The notes: a model not told the origin generated them from the sequence alone. A stretch of DNA of 38,830 nt from Intoshia linei (GCA_001642005.1 LWCA01000231.1:1-38830); one strand, 5' to 3'. Numbered from the stretch's first letter, positions 10,245 through 23,459 are shown. Program-made: numbers and translations.

Positions 10245-12880
10245 ATGTCTCAATTTGGATCGAACAAACAGGGTAATTTTTATTCAATTATTGCTTGTAA
10301 TGACTGAGAAAATTATTAAATCTATTGTAAAACACGCTAGAAAAATTAACATTATATACTATTGTGTGCAAGGCATTTAAAGTTTTATTAATTTTTGTTA
10401 ATTAGTTTACCATTTAATTTTTACAAGATACAAAATGTATAAGTACATGTATATATAATATATATAATAGAAGTGTACTACAGTCCGACCCCATTTTGTG
10501 AAAATTTTTATGTAGTAATTTTGATCGCATTTTGGGACACTACCAATTTAAATAAAATAAAATTATTCATATTTCAATTAAATTAGAATTAAATGATGTG
10601 TTTAATAAATATAAAAATGATAATAACAAAGTTGTATTACTTTTAGTTTCGTTGTTGTAGTTTAAATTTGAAACAAAATGTTTTGAAAATGAGAATTTGA
10701 AATTTAAAAATTGTGTACCAATGAAAAAAATTGCGAAGGAATGAATTATATAGATTTTCACCCATATTTTTTTATTGGAAATGTGTAGACGTTCAATGCA
10801 CATTTATTTTTGAAATTGTAGGATGATTATTTTACTTTTTGCATTTTTAAATTTAATCCAACATTTGAAAAATATTGGTTGATAATATATTAAAAATTAT
10901 TTTTCACGGGAATGCACAGCCTTCTGGGTTGAAATTTTGTATTTATATCATATGGAATAAGCTGTATCAGAATAATCTTTTTATTTAACTGTAGGACCAT
11001 TAATTATTTAATAATTTTTTGTTTTAATAAAATAATTTTGAAATAAAAAAAAGTTGCTATTAAAGTACATTTTTTACCGTGAAGACGTCAATTAATCAGA
11101 TTAAATTTTTTGTGTGTGTTAACAGAATATAACTATACCATTTGTAATTTTTTTTTAAATTCTAGGGTTTTTTCATTTAAAAAGAATGCTAATGTTAAAT
11201 AAAAGTTATTATTTAATATATTTTAAAATTTTTTTATGTTTCTATTTATCATAATATTTATAATTTTAAAAAATCTCAGAATTTATGTTTAAAAAATTTT
11301 AGGACAATTCTTGTTTATTTTATTTTTAAAACAAAAGGTAAATTGTGGTTTTGACCATGAAAGTAAGCGTTTTTGAGGCTTAGGTTAACAACAATGTTAA
11401 TCTTATTAAAACAGGTTCCAGAATGTATATTTTATAAAATATTGTGTAGATTTTTTTTAACAAAAGAGAAAATTGGATTTTTGACCCTGAAAGACTTAAT
11501 TTTTGAAACTGAAAAATAGATAAAAACACGTCCTAGGGAAAACTGTATTAGAAATTGGGTTTTGTTAAATCCTACGACTGTCAATCTTTCCAATAAATAG
11601 TCACACACACAGACATTGAAGTATATATAATTAAAGGATTATGCTGATATACCGTTAATTTTTAATACAATTACAAAATTTAGATGGAAAGCCATTCTTT
11701 AATTTTTCTGTAACAAAAAATGAAGGAAATGCAAATGTATTTGGTTCAACTACTACGCAAGTTACACCTTTATCATTAACAAAAAAGGACAATCCAATAA
11801 CCACATCTACTGTAGAAAATGTAACAACAAAATCGCTATTTAGTTTCCCCGTTTCAACTTCAGTTGCCACTTTGAAACCAGTAATTTATTTTATTTTGAA
11901 ATTCTTAATATATTAAGACTAGTCTTTTTTCTACAACTACTACAAGTACAGTTATTCCAACAACTGCTTTGACGTCTGCTTCGAATGCACCAATAAAACC
12001 TACTACTTCGTCGACTGCCTTATTTTCATTCAATAGCCAACCAAAACCAGAAGTTGTTGCAAGTCTTAAAACTGTGAAAAAAGGTACACATTTTATTCTA
12101 AATTGATTCATGTATCCCTTAATCGAATCTTAGGCGAAACAGAAATTGAAGGGTAATTTAAAATATTGATATAAAATAAGTCAATTGTAGCAACAAACTA
12201 TCCAATGAAATTATTACTGATTTGAAAAAATTTGGGTTTGAATATATAAAACTAATTTATAAACAAAATTAAGCCAACACATGACAGAGTTGAATGAAAA
12301 AACTACAAAAATTTTCATGACAATTTACAATGATAGTACTGGATTAATGATTAAAAATAACCCAAACACTTTAAAATTAATTCAAAATGATTTGACGTCT
12401 CTGGATCAAAATTTGGATTATTATGACAATGAGATCAAAAGAACTGCAAGTATTATTCAAAAGGTAGAGTTCAGTTTCAAGGTGCGTTTTGTTTTACATT
12501 TGATTTTAGGAATGTGAAAATGTTGAAATAATTTACAAGTGTCTTGTCAATTCTGATAGTAAATCGGATAAATATATTTTAATGTAAGTATTTACATTTG
12601 CACCGTTATTTTTGTATTTTTATAAATTGAAGCTAGGTATCTAACTGAATCGGCTAATAAATTTGAAAGTCAAATAGTTACAATCAATAATCAATTGGTG
12701 GATTTGGATATTTATTTGAATACCATCAGTAGTTATCAAGATAAATCTCAAGTTGATAGTATTTAGTGGCTATTTTCTATTTTTAGAAATTTTTTAGATA
12801 TTTTGAATCTTATTGATGCTCAAACTCACCTTTGTCTCACCATTGCTGATTGCTTACAAAAAGTTGAAAGTAAAATTGAG
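10245..12880 (+). CDS. NUP58: Nucleoporin p58/p45 (NUP58/NUPL1)-like, divergent; 3' end not resolved
   Basis: Exon 10245-10272 (MSQFGSNKQ) splices in phase to 11684-11880 and 11918-~12082 (Thr/Ser-rich with FG/FxF motifs). Later exons encode NKLSNEIITDLKKFGQHMTE..LKLIQNDLTSLDQNL..NEIKRTASIIQK and YLTESANKFESQIVTINNQLVDLDIYL..LTIADCLQKVESKIE, which parallel the Nup58 coiled-coil segments as I recall them (LPPVICQDVENLQKF..KVQEDIKALKQ; YFRILVQQFEVQL..IEELENHL..LAAQLQSIHENV). Confidence 0.7.
10480..11638 (-). mobile_element. Non-autonomous Helitron-like repeat in NUP58 intron 1
   Basis: On the minus strand it begins A|TCCTTTAATTATATATACTTCAATGTCTGTGTGTGTG (TC 5' end plus microsatellite). The body is a reverse-complement homolog of 1490-2110. 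Confidence 0.65.
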
Positions 12881-13312
12881 GTATTCATTTTTAGTGGGTA
12901 CAAAGTCCTACATAACAAAAATTATTCATAAAATATATTTCACGTGTATTTTTCTACTTTTCATGTTTTCTTTACGTAGTGTTCTGTTTTTGGTGTAGTA
13001 GCTGTTTTGTTATCTAAACTTTATCCCAAAGTGTACTGACATGAGGAATTTTACATTTCTGATTGAAAATTGTGGTTTAATTAGTTTCTTTTACGGAATA
13101 ATCCAGTTTTAATAAAAAATTATTTTGAACTATAATACATTAAGGCAGTGGTTTTTAACATTTTTTGACCTATGCATCCCCAAATGTTGATCTTAATGAC
13201 TGCACCCCTGATTAGAAATCAATTAATACAATATTAATTATAAATGAAGTGTTAACTAGTTACTTAAATTAAACGGATACAATTTAAGAATTAAAGCTGA
13301 TTTGGTCATAAT

Positions 13313-13534
13313 AATGGTCGTGGAGAGGCAGCAGTAGGCCCGGGCTCGATGGAAAGTATAGGCCCATATAAAAAATTAATTAATGGAACGTTCAATATCT
13401 AAAAATTAAAAATCGCATTGATTATCGAAATTATGATATACTTAAGAAATTTTATATCAATACCTATTAATAAATTAACAAAGTAGGCCCTCATGATTGT
13501 AGACACGGGACATATGACCCTCACCACGACCCTG
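13313..13534. mobile_element. hAT-like MITE, degenerate
   Basis: Inverted ends GGTCGTGGAGAGG / CCTCACCACGACCCTG with internal AGGCCC subterminal motifs; related copy at ~16117-16433; no clear TSD. Confidence 0.55.
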
Positions 13535-14189
13535 TCTGTATTTATATCAGACCTATATAAAAATTAAAACGTCAACTATCATATCCACTAAAAGCTTTGT
13601 AAGTACTACTGCAATATCCAGTAGATATATTATCTATTTTCCATTGAAAAATATCGGAAAATGTAGTAGCCCTGGTCATACCACCAAATTCATTAATCAA
13701 AAATAGACTATTCAAATATAATGTTAAAGACTCAGAAAATAGACGAATTAAGTAGTAGCGGAAAATTTTTACATAACAATTAAACAAATTTATTTACATA
13801 AATTTAAATGGGATTGTTATTGTTGCTTTGGAATGAGAAGTAAGCTAAATCTTCGCATTATTTTTGATAGGCTCACTCGCATACCGACACGGACATCTAA
13901 TTTAATCATTTTTCTTTTTTTTAATTTGTTAAAACAGAAAATCCAGCCTGACAAAACTACGTTGTAACAAAAGTAATAATTACTTTAAGGGCAATTTCAG
14001 TCACAAATGGATAGATATTAAGCATACTACACCAAAAGCCGCCAAATATTACATTTAAAGCTATCATAGTCATATATAATATATTTCCAAAGAGCCACTA
14101 GAAAAATCAAGGAACTATGTAAAATTTTTTCTATTTGGGGCCTAAGTAAATTATAGGGACCATAAAAAAATTTATATATTTTAATGTAT

Positions 14190-15720
14190 TAATATATAAT
14201 TTATTTCGAATACATCAATTCTCTCGTAGTTTGATTTAATGACTCACGAAACAAATATTCCTCCTTAATGTTTTCATTCACAACATATCTTGCAAACACA
14301 TCAGTAGATTCGTCCAATTGTAAACTAAATTTTACTAGGCTTTTTCGAAGTTTATCCATAACTCGAAGTTCGATAACTTCTGCTAAATTTTTAATTTTTT
14401 TACAAAGGAATTGTTTTAAGTGCCTCTTTTTGTTTTTCGCCAAGTAGAAGTTCTGCAATGTTAAGAGTACAGGGTTTGATCAACGTTTCCGATGGTATGA
14501 TGCTTTTTTGTTTAGAAAACGTGTAAGCAACATGATATTATGCCTCTACAATTTTGTTACATTGAGAAAAAATGATAAATTGTCAACTGTTCCACCTATA
14601 TCGAAACATTTTCTTTTTCGAAAGATAACTTCAACACTGTCAATGAGGTTTGAGTGTTTTATATTCTCATGATTACGTAGGAGGTTTGGCTTTATGCTAT
14701 TATTNACAAAACAGATATTCCTCCTTAATGTTATCATTCACAACATATCTTGCAAACACATCAATAGATTCGTCCAATTGTAAACTAAATTTTACTAGGC
14801 CTTTTCGAAGTTCATCTATAACTTGAAGTTTGATAACTTCTGCTAAATTTTTAATTATTTTATAAAGAAATTGATTTTAGTGCCCATTTTTGTTTTTCGC
14901 CAACTAGATGTTCTGCAATGTTAAGAGTACAGGGTTTGATCAACGTTTCCCATGGTATGATGCTTTTTTTGTTTAGAAAACATGTAATCAACATGATATT
15001 ATGCCTCTACAATTTTGTTACATTGAGAAGAAATAATAAATTATCAACTGTTCCACCTATATTGAAACGTTTTCTTTTTCGAGCGATAACTTCAACACTG
15101 TCAGTGAAGTTTGAGGTTTTTATATTTTTATGATTACGTAGTAGGTTTGGCTTTATACCATTATTGCATAAAACGCCGAAAAGTAAATGCACTGAGGTTT
15201 TTCGGTTTCATCGGCATTATTGTCTTATTTTAGACATCCTTAGAAAAGGTTAAAAACTCTATTATAATTTATATATTAAAATACATAATTTGTATACCTT
15301 AAAAAAGTTGAAAATNACAGGGTTTGATCAACGTTTCCGATGGTATGATGCTTTTTTGTTTAGAAAACGTGTAAGCAACATGATATTATGCCTCTACAAT
15401 TTTGTTACATTGAGAAAAAATGATAAATTGTCAACTGTTCCACCTATATCGAAACATTTTCTTTTTCGAAAGATAACTTCAACACTGTCAATGAGGTTTG
15501 AGTGTTTTATATTCTCATGATTACGTAGGAGGTTTGGCTTTATGCTATTATTGCATAAAACGCCGTAAAGTAAATGCACTGAGGTTTTTCGCTTTCATCT
15601 GCATCATTATGACAGGTAAAATTAAATTCTACGTAATTTTTATTTTATTATCTTCTTTTAGACATCCTTAGAAAAAATTAAAAACTGATAATTTATATAT
15701 GAAATACATAATTTGTAATA
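14190..15720 (-). mobile_element. hAT Buster/Charlie (ZBED5/ZBED8/SCAND3-like) transposase relics, present as tandem overlapping copies
   Basis: Fragments VLCNNSIKPNLLRNHENIKH (BED-finger-like) and FSLQLDESTDV..FARYV..IKEEYLFRESLNQTT. Repeated blocks are joined at single Ns (14706, 15316). Confidence 0.85.
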
Positions 15721-16593
15721 CCTTAAAAAATTTGAAAATACAAAATTAATTTGATTATTAAATGATTGTGAATAAATTTAATGAGCATTAATTATTAACT
15801 TAAATTAATAAGTATTAACAGGATGAAATGTCTTATATCTAATCTTTTTGTTGATAATAAAAATATCAATTGTATAATTTCACTCATTTAGAAAAAAAAT
15901 TAAGGAATTAATAATTAATTTTGATTAATTTTTAATTTTAGGATATTAACGAAAATTCGTAAAGTGTAATTGTTAATAATGTAATTAATAAAAATGTATT
16001 GTATAACTTTTTAATTATATATGGTATTTTCGAACCGTGTTACGGACCTTTAATATATATCGTTTTAGGGATATACTGTATTAACCGTCTCAACCGAGAT
16101 ATGGTGTTATTAACGTTAGGGTTGTGGAGAGCCAACAGTGGACCAGGGCGATATGAAAATTGTAGACAGCTTTATACAAATCATAAAAAAATTCCTTATT
16201 TTATCCATTTAATGTTTTTTAGCGCTACTACTGTTAGAACTCTTAAAACTGAAAATATTTAAATTTTTTATATCTGAAAAATATGACACGACTTGGAATA
16301 ACCAATATAATATTTTAGTATTAGATAATTTTGACGTACAAAACTTAACAAATTTCCCAACATTACGTATTAATTAATAAATTAGAATAGTAGGCCAGGG
16401 CTAGGTGGCTATCTAACCCTCTTTACGCCACTGACTACAATATGTATTATAGCTAGTACGATTTTTTTTTAACATACAAAAAAAAATTAACTTACATTAT
16501 TATAAATTATTATTAATTAATTTATTTAACTTTTGGAAAAAATTTTTGGTTACCACGGTAAAATTATCAATTTTCGTGAGCTATATTCTATAT

Positions 16594-16825
16594 CAGCGGT
16601 TTTCAACCTTTTTGTGTTGGCGACCCCTTATAAACATAAAAAATTTTCGCGACCCAAAAATTTTCTATATAACACACATATGTCCAAACGTACTCCAAAC
16701 ATTTTATCAATTTACATAAATGAAAATATTAAAAAAGCATATTCAGTTTTATATATATTTTATACTGTGTTCAAATTCTCACGACTCCTTTGATAAATTT
16801 AGCGACCCCCGGTTGAAAACCACTG
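16594..16825. mobile_element. hAT (Buster-type) MITE, family A
   Basis: TIR CAGCGGTTTTCAACC / GGTTGAAAACCACTG; perfect TSD TTCTATAT; internal GCGACCC repeats. Confidence 0.92.
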
Positions 16826-17594
16826 TTCTATATTGATAATCTATTTGAAATATTGGTTGTCTACCAACATTGATAGTGAGAACCCACATCGTGTTTTATC
16901 CAATGTATTTAGAATAACTGCATAGAAACAGGTTTTTATTTTGAAAATTCAAATTTTTGCAAAATCTGGACTTATTCGAAATATGATTCATAAAAAACCC
17001 TGATGGTGAAACCGCGACTTTGAGAAACATCAATGATTCCCAAATGGTACCGTGAGAAGAAGCTTGGTGTAGTGCGAAATCATAAAAATATTTAATTACA
17101 TTTTTCTCATTGATATATAATAAATATTCCTTAATTTTATATTTCGTGCTCATGTTTACTTTGAACTTGTTCGTTTTCCTTATGGATAATTTGATGTTTG
17201 ATGACCAATTTTTTTAAAATTATGGAGGAAAAGTTTGGGAATCACAGCATTAGATACTTGGATAAGATCAGAATAAGTTTTATTAGAATATAATTATATT
17301 TTTAATGTATTTGTTATTGCTTTATCCAATATCTACGCGTTATACATAATTATGTATCTATTATTATTATATATTAATAATTTATTAATTTAATAAGATC
17401 TACTTGGAAATTGACGTGTTGACTAGTGCAGGGTTTCTTAACCTTTTTTTAAATTTATCACCCTCGTTAATCAGATAAATTCTTTCCAGCACCCTGTAAA
17501 AATTAGAAACATGATGCAATAATTAAATATTTAAACGGCAAAATCTTATTTTATTGCATTTTAAAAAACATCCCTATTAATATCGAACAACACA

Positions 17595-18238
17595 AGAAAA
17601 ATACACACTCTGATACGGATTTTAAAATCATAAATTTTAATTTACATGTTAAAAAAAGTATATCTTCAGGGTCAAAATTATAAATTACCTTTTTTTAAAT
17701 GAAAACAGCCCTAGAATTTAAAAAACTTACGGATGGTACAGTTGTATCCCGTTAACACACACAAAAAATTTTCATTTGAATAAGTGACGTTTTCACGGTC
17801 AAAAAAGCACTTTAGTATTCATTTATTTTTTTTCGAAATAATTTATTTATTTATACGAAACAGGTTTACAATTTTATTTGTAATGGAATTTAAGCTATTT
17901 CGACAATTTTTAGGATTTACTATTTTAAATTTATTTTTAAGATTATACACTTACATTACTTGTATTATCTCTAATAAATTGCAGAAATGGGATAACAAAA
18001 TTGTTTTTAAAAATATATACAAAAATGCTAACCAAATAAAATTAAGTGGCAATTATTTATTTTAAATTAAAAGGTAATGGGAAATTAAAGTTTAGGAATC
18101 ACTTCTTTACATGATTGTTAATGAATAGCATTTTTAATTAAGATTTTATTATTGATTTATTTTTTTGATGGAATTAGATACGTCCACCTTTGACAGAGCT
18201 GGGTGCTGTTTGTACGTAGTACATAATAGTCAACCTAG
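17595..18238 (+). mobile_element. Non-autonomous Helitron-like repeat with 3' end
   Basis: Same terminal GGTGCTGTTTGTACGTAGTACA hairpin region and CTAG|T (18235-18239) as the copy ending at 2642. Confidence 0.65.
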
Positions 18239-18814
18239 TTATTTTATAAAATATTTACCGAGTTGTGCACTACATAAGAGCTATTCTGCAACTAGTGTGC
18301 ATTTCACATACGGACAATTATTTTAAATACATTTTCTGGATGACTTAATTTACAAAGTGTTGCAATTTAATTAATGTACACTGGTTCGTATCTAGTTGCA
18401 CAATAGCTGGTATCTCAATGCACAACATTGTATGGTAACAACTGAATGGGCAACCTGAATTTCAATTCATTCTTTGTTTCAGAATAAACATCAGCAATAA
18501 TATTATATATTTGTATTGGTTGATTGATTGACATATATATTGATTTATAATGGTAGTATTTCAGGATTTCTATATTACCCTCTTGTAACGGAAGTTGATA
18601 AAATTTTAAAATTCAGTTATGTATACTGATCAAATAATCTGTATTGAAATGCCGTATTGCTGACTCACTTTTTATTATTTGATAGTAAAAAGTGACTACA
18701 TCACTAAGTACTGCTTCTTTTCCATTATAAATATGAAAAATTAAACTAAATATTATTAAACTGTATTTCATTTTATCAATATAAAAAATGATGGTGAATG
18801 CTATTTACTCATAG

Positions 18815-19042
18815 CAGTGGTTTTCAACCGGGGGTCTCGACCGTTAGGGGGTCGCGAAATTTATCAGGGGGGTCGTGAGAATTTAAACACAGTATAAAAT
18901 ATAAATAAAACTGAATGCTTTTTTAATATTTTCATTTATGTGAATTGATAAGATGTTTGGAGTATATAGAAAATTTTAGGGTCGCGAAAATTTTTTATGT
19001 TTATAAGGGCGGTCGCGAACACAAAAAGGTTGAAAACCACTG
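18815..19042. mobile_element. hAT MITE, family A, inverted relative to the 16594 copy
   Basis: TIR CAGTGGTTTTCAACC / GGTTGAAAACCACTG; body is a reverse-complement homolog of 16594-16825; TSD degenerate. Confidence 0.88.
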
Positions 19043-19480
19043 CATTATAGTGTCATATGGTGAACAAGTTAAATAAATATACATAGTAAACAATTAGAAA
19101 AGTAAACAAGAAATAGAAAGACTAAATTTTCGATAAGAGTTAAAGGCGTAATTAAAACGAAATTTTAATCAACCAGTCTAATTGTGTCCAAAATGTGTGT
19201 CTGTGTCAGGCATTGGAAATTATAGATTGATTGCAATCATTTTACCAATCACATTGGTTTTTCAATCAATGCATTGGAAAATTTTATAATACCAATTAAA
19301 TTTAATTGGTATTTCAAAAAAAATTGATTACATTGTAAAAGATAGACTTGATTGGAAAATAAATGAAAGCATGGCAAATTGCAATAATTATGCAATAAAT
19401 TGAATACAATTTAATATGTAGTTTTTATGTCAACATTAGAATTCATTTAAATTCTTTTTTTATAGCTTTAACTAAATTAC

Positions 19481-21423
19481 GGTGTGTGGACAAAATGTCC
19501 CAGACTGTGCTTGATTTATAAAATAAATGAATTTTTATATTACTCATAATTTTATAAGAGTGTCTACTTAATTTCAACCATTTATACTAAAATTTTTAAT
19601 AATGTCCTATGGACGTAATGTCCCTAAAATGAATTATTTGTTAATAATAATGTAACAAATTTTTATACAGAATGAATTTAACAGTTTCTATAGTTCCCAT
19701 AAAAATAAATGTATACCAAGTTAATTGACTATTAAATTATCTCAGAGATTTATTATCGTTCATTAACCGCGTTTTTTAAAATTTAATAATTTATAGAAAA
19801 TTAATATTATTTATAACAAAAATTAAATTATCTTTAGCTAAATGGAAATATTGAAATCACAAAAAGGTACAACGATTTTTGCATTAAATAGTTATCTTTT
19901 TACAATCAAAAGAGAGAAAGATGACTATTCATTGGAGGTGTAGAGTTTGAAGTTGTAGATCTCATGCTAAACAAATATAAATTTGAATTGCTTAGATGAT
20001 AGTTTTTTGAAAGAAATTACTGAACACAATTATCAAATTAATGATCCTTTGGAAATAAGTAAATTGAAAAAGAGGAATAATATGAAAAGGAAATGCATTG
20101 AAGCAGTTACAGAGAGTCCGTTATCTATTGTTATTGATATTATGTCTGGTGATCCAAGTGATATTATTATATGTACAGGAATGGAGAATGCATTAACTAA
20201 AATGATACGGAGGTATAGGGCTCCGCTGGTGAATTTAGAATCTATTGCACATCCTGATTTCGCAATTGATGAAAAATTAAAAATATCAAAAAGGAAAGAA
20301 CAGTTTTATAGGTATGGCCCAGGAAATTATTGTTCTCTTCCAATTTATGAAAATATTGCAATATTTTTTACAGATTCTATGATATCAATCTTACATAAAG
20401 AAAAAGTATGGTCAATAGATGGAACATCCTATATTGTACCAAAACCATATTATCAACTGTACACAATATCAATAATTAAGAATCATCATGTTGTACCAGT
20501 CATCTAATGTTTATTGAAAAATAAGAGAAAAACTACATATATTAAGATGCTAACAATATTTAATACATTTATTATAAACTTACATCCAGATATAATTCTC
20601 TGTGATTAGATGAAAAAGTTGCAATTTATGCATTTCAATATTTTTACCCAACCTGTAGATTGTCAGGGTGCCAATTTCGTCTAGGGCAGTCTATTCAACG
20701 AAAATTACAAAAAAAGGACTCATGGCTGAATACAGACGTTCTTACAAAATTAGAATATATATTAGAGTGTTAAGTGCACTGTCCTTCATCCCTGAACATC
20801 GAGTTAGAAGAATGTACTATATCGTTCGTGGTAGTGTTGATTTTCCTGTGTTATTAAGCTCAATATATAATTATTTGTACAAAAATTATATTGGTGATAT
20901 TGGTCAAAGCGTCAGATACCCCATACATGTCTGGAATGTATATTTAAATATTTTCGATAATATACCTTCAACCAATAACGAAATTAAAGGGTAGCATATT
21001 AGAATGAATAGTCGATGCAGTCATGGAAATAATACAGTACCTACATTTGTTCTGACACTGATAAACGAGGAAGAACGAAACCATCAAAAATGGATTAGAT
21101 TAGGAAACAACGAAAATTTGAGAAAAAACGAAAAATATGTATATATACGTGAAGCTTTAGTACAATTTATTAGAGACCATCCAGGCGAACCAAGCCTTGA
21201 ATATCTCCTATCCCTAAATGAATTTTTATACTACGGATAATTTTATATATTGTTCAAATTAAATTTATTCATTGTATCAGTAATATTCTATTTAATTTCA
21301 TTGTTATCCTTCAACCCATTGTTTAATTATAATCGTCCCACTACATCGTCGTTTTAATGCATATATTTTATATTCATTTATTTTATAAATCAAGCACAGT
21401 CTGGGACATTTCGTACGCGTAGC
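19481..21423 (+). mobile_element. Mutator-like (MULE) DNA transposon with both TIRs and a disrupted FLYWCH+MULE transposase
   Basis: TIRs of ~50 bp (..AAATGTCCCAGACTGTGCTTGATTTATAAAATAAATGAAT); 9-bp TSD CTAAATTAC/TTAAATTAC. Coding remnants from ~19842 (MEILKSQKG..WRC), WSIDGT..PKPYYQLYTI..VVPV, IILCD, GCQFRLGQS and STNNE, broken by stops and frameshifts. Confidence 0.92.
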
Positions 21424-21536
21424 TTAAATTACAAATAAAAGTTCAAAAATAACTCTTTTGTTAGATAACCAATCGCGGTCATTTTTGGCCCACGGACCAC
21501 AATTTGGCCACCTCTGATATTATGTAGACTCTAGAT

Positions 21537-21586
21537 CAGTGGTTTTCAACCTTTTTATGTTCGCGACCCCCGGTTGAAAACCACTG
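21537..21586. mobile_element. 50-bp minimal hAT element, family A
   Basis: Both 15-bp TIRs perfect around a 20-bp core; perfect TSD CTCTAGAT. Confidence 0.92.
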
Positions 21587-21891
21587 CTCTAGATTGTAGA
21601 GCATCATAAATTGAAATTGACACTAATTCTTTTTATAAACCAATAGATTGATTTCAATCAATTAATTCCAAATTTGGTTTGTTTGTAACCATTTATTGAA
21701 AAAATTGATGGTCGCAGGATTCAAAAAAACTAAATTACTAATACAGGTTTTCCCAGGACGAGTTTTATCCATTTTTCAGTTTCAGAACTTGAGTCCTTCA
21801 GGGTAAAAACCCCAAATTTCCCTTTTGTGAAATTTCCACATCATCGTTCTTATTTCACATTGAAATTTGATGGATAATACGATATTCAATT

Positions 21892-23300
21892 TTATTTAAT
21901 TATATTAAAAATTTTAGCAAGTGTGTAAACAATGATGGCAAAAATAATGATTACAAATAATATGACTAGGCACAATAATATAGTAATATGCAATGGTTTC
22001 TTGTTAATGATTATCCGGTGTCCATAAAACCTGTTTTGGTTATAAACTAATGATTTTACACATTCCAATAGTAACATTATTCCAATAATTATGTTTACAA
22101 TATTGACTTTAGAAAGAATAATCATACACTGTGTCATATGGAACTGGTGTGTAATTAGCATTTGTTCGATTAACGCAGGTGACAAAATGAATATTGAATA
22201 CGTCAGGCACACAATGATTTGTTTTGTTTCTATAAAAATTGACATTGCAAATGAAATCTGAATTGGTGCACCTTTTTTCCAGTCGTTTTGGTTTGAGCTA
22301 ATCATCTGTTATGTAACATTCTGCATATTTGGAATTTATTTTTGTGACATATGTAATTCCATAAATCAACGATTGGTGTAGTTTAAAGGTGTTGCAATGA
22401 TATGGTTTATAATTAAAAGAAAATTTACTAACATAAAAAGAAGCTAATGATATATAATATATACTCAAGTAGTTTTGATCGTTTCCAATGACCACCCTAT
22501 TTAATAGACTAAAATGGTTCACCATTGAATGTGATCTTTTAATTATACTCCAATTACGATGCCCGTTTAAACTAATCCACATTTTATCATAATTGTATGC
22601 TAATGAAATGTGATATCTATTCATTTTTATAATAATTATTTCAATTATTGCAACATTGAATTGATTGATCCAAGTTGCACCTCCGTCGAAAGAACTGTAG
22701 TGATTTCGGCTTGTAGATGTAAATGTTATATAGTTTTGCAATATTAGAATAATTACGCCAAATTCATTATAGTAGTCTTTTATCTTGTCCAAATGCACAT
22801 GTCCATTTAATTTTAAAGGTCTCCATGTATCACCATAATTATATGAAATGTACATTAATTTGTTCAAAGTTAAAATGACTAGAGTAAAATATAAATGATC
22901 TAGTGAATGCACGTGAATGACATCATTTTGATATATTTTATAGTTAAAATTAATTAATTTGAAATTTACATAGTGTTGATCGTTAATGTACAATTTTTTC
23001 ACATATTTTTCCCTTTTAAAACTTACATATAATACATTATTATCACCATATTCTATTTCCTAAAATACTTTGTTTATTAAAAGAAAAATTCTTACCTGAG
23101 CAACTATGATGGTTCTATTTCGAATCGCAAAGGTTTGTCGCATGTCAATTATATCAAATTTTGTAATTATTTCATTATTGTCCTATTGGGCCAATTTTTT
23201 ATTTACAGTAGATATCGTAAATTTTTTATCGGAATATGTTATATACTTATATACACTTGACGTTAATTTTTTATTTTTTTTGAAATTATATTTTTAAAGT
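21892..23300 (-). pseudogene. VPS10/sortilin-like gene, apparently disrupted (Asp-box repeats, 10CC-like module, C-terminal TM helix)
   Basis: Asp-box motifs SYNYGDTW, SFDGGATW and SLNGHRNW. Reading through the TAG at 22298-22300 gives RCTNSDFICNVNFYRNKTNHCVPD (Sortilin_C-like CTxxDFxCxxxFYR..CVPD). A hydrophobic ITILLCLVILFVIIIFAIIVYTL segment lies in another frame; a further in-frame TAG is at 23183-23185. Confidence 0.65.
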
Positions 23301-23459
23301 GTCACAAAATTGAATTTAACATCAACTTGAATATAAATTAATTCTATATATTATATAAATTTCCTTATATATACACTTTAAAAATGAAATATCTCAAGAT
23401 TACAATCTAATCAGATAGAATGACAAATATTCGCATCCTGACAATGTTATCTAAGCCAT

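Noticed and set aside
11655-12111. Minus-strand Val-rich ORFs
   Set aside because: They are antisense to the Thr-rich NUP58 exons.
14256-15720. Tandem triplication of hAT transposase fragments as a biological array
   Set aside because: Junctions coincide with single Ns (14706, 15316), and ~14468-14705 appears identical to ~15317-15552. This is most likely redundant contig or haplotype joining.
22298-23185. Repeated in-frame TAG in the VPS10-like gene suggesting stop-codon reassignment
   Set aside because: REV3L terminates at TAG at the expected position, intact exons of other genes show no internal TAG, and the locus also needs a frameshift or splice.
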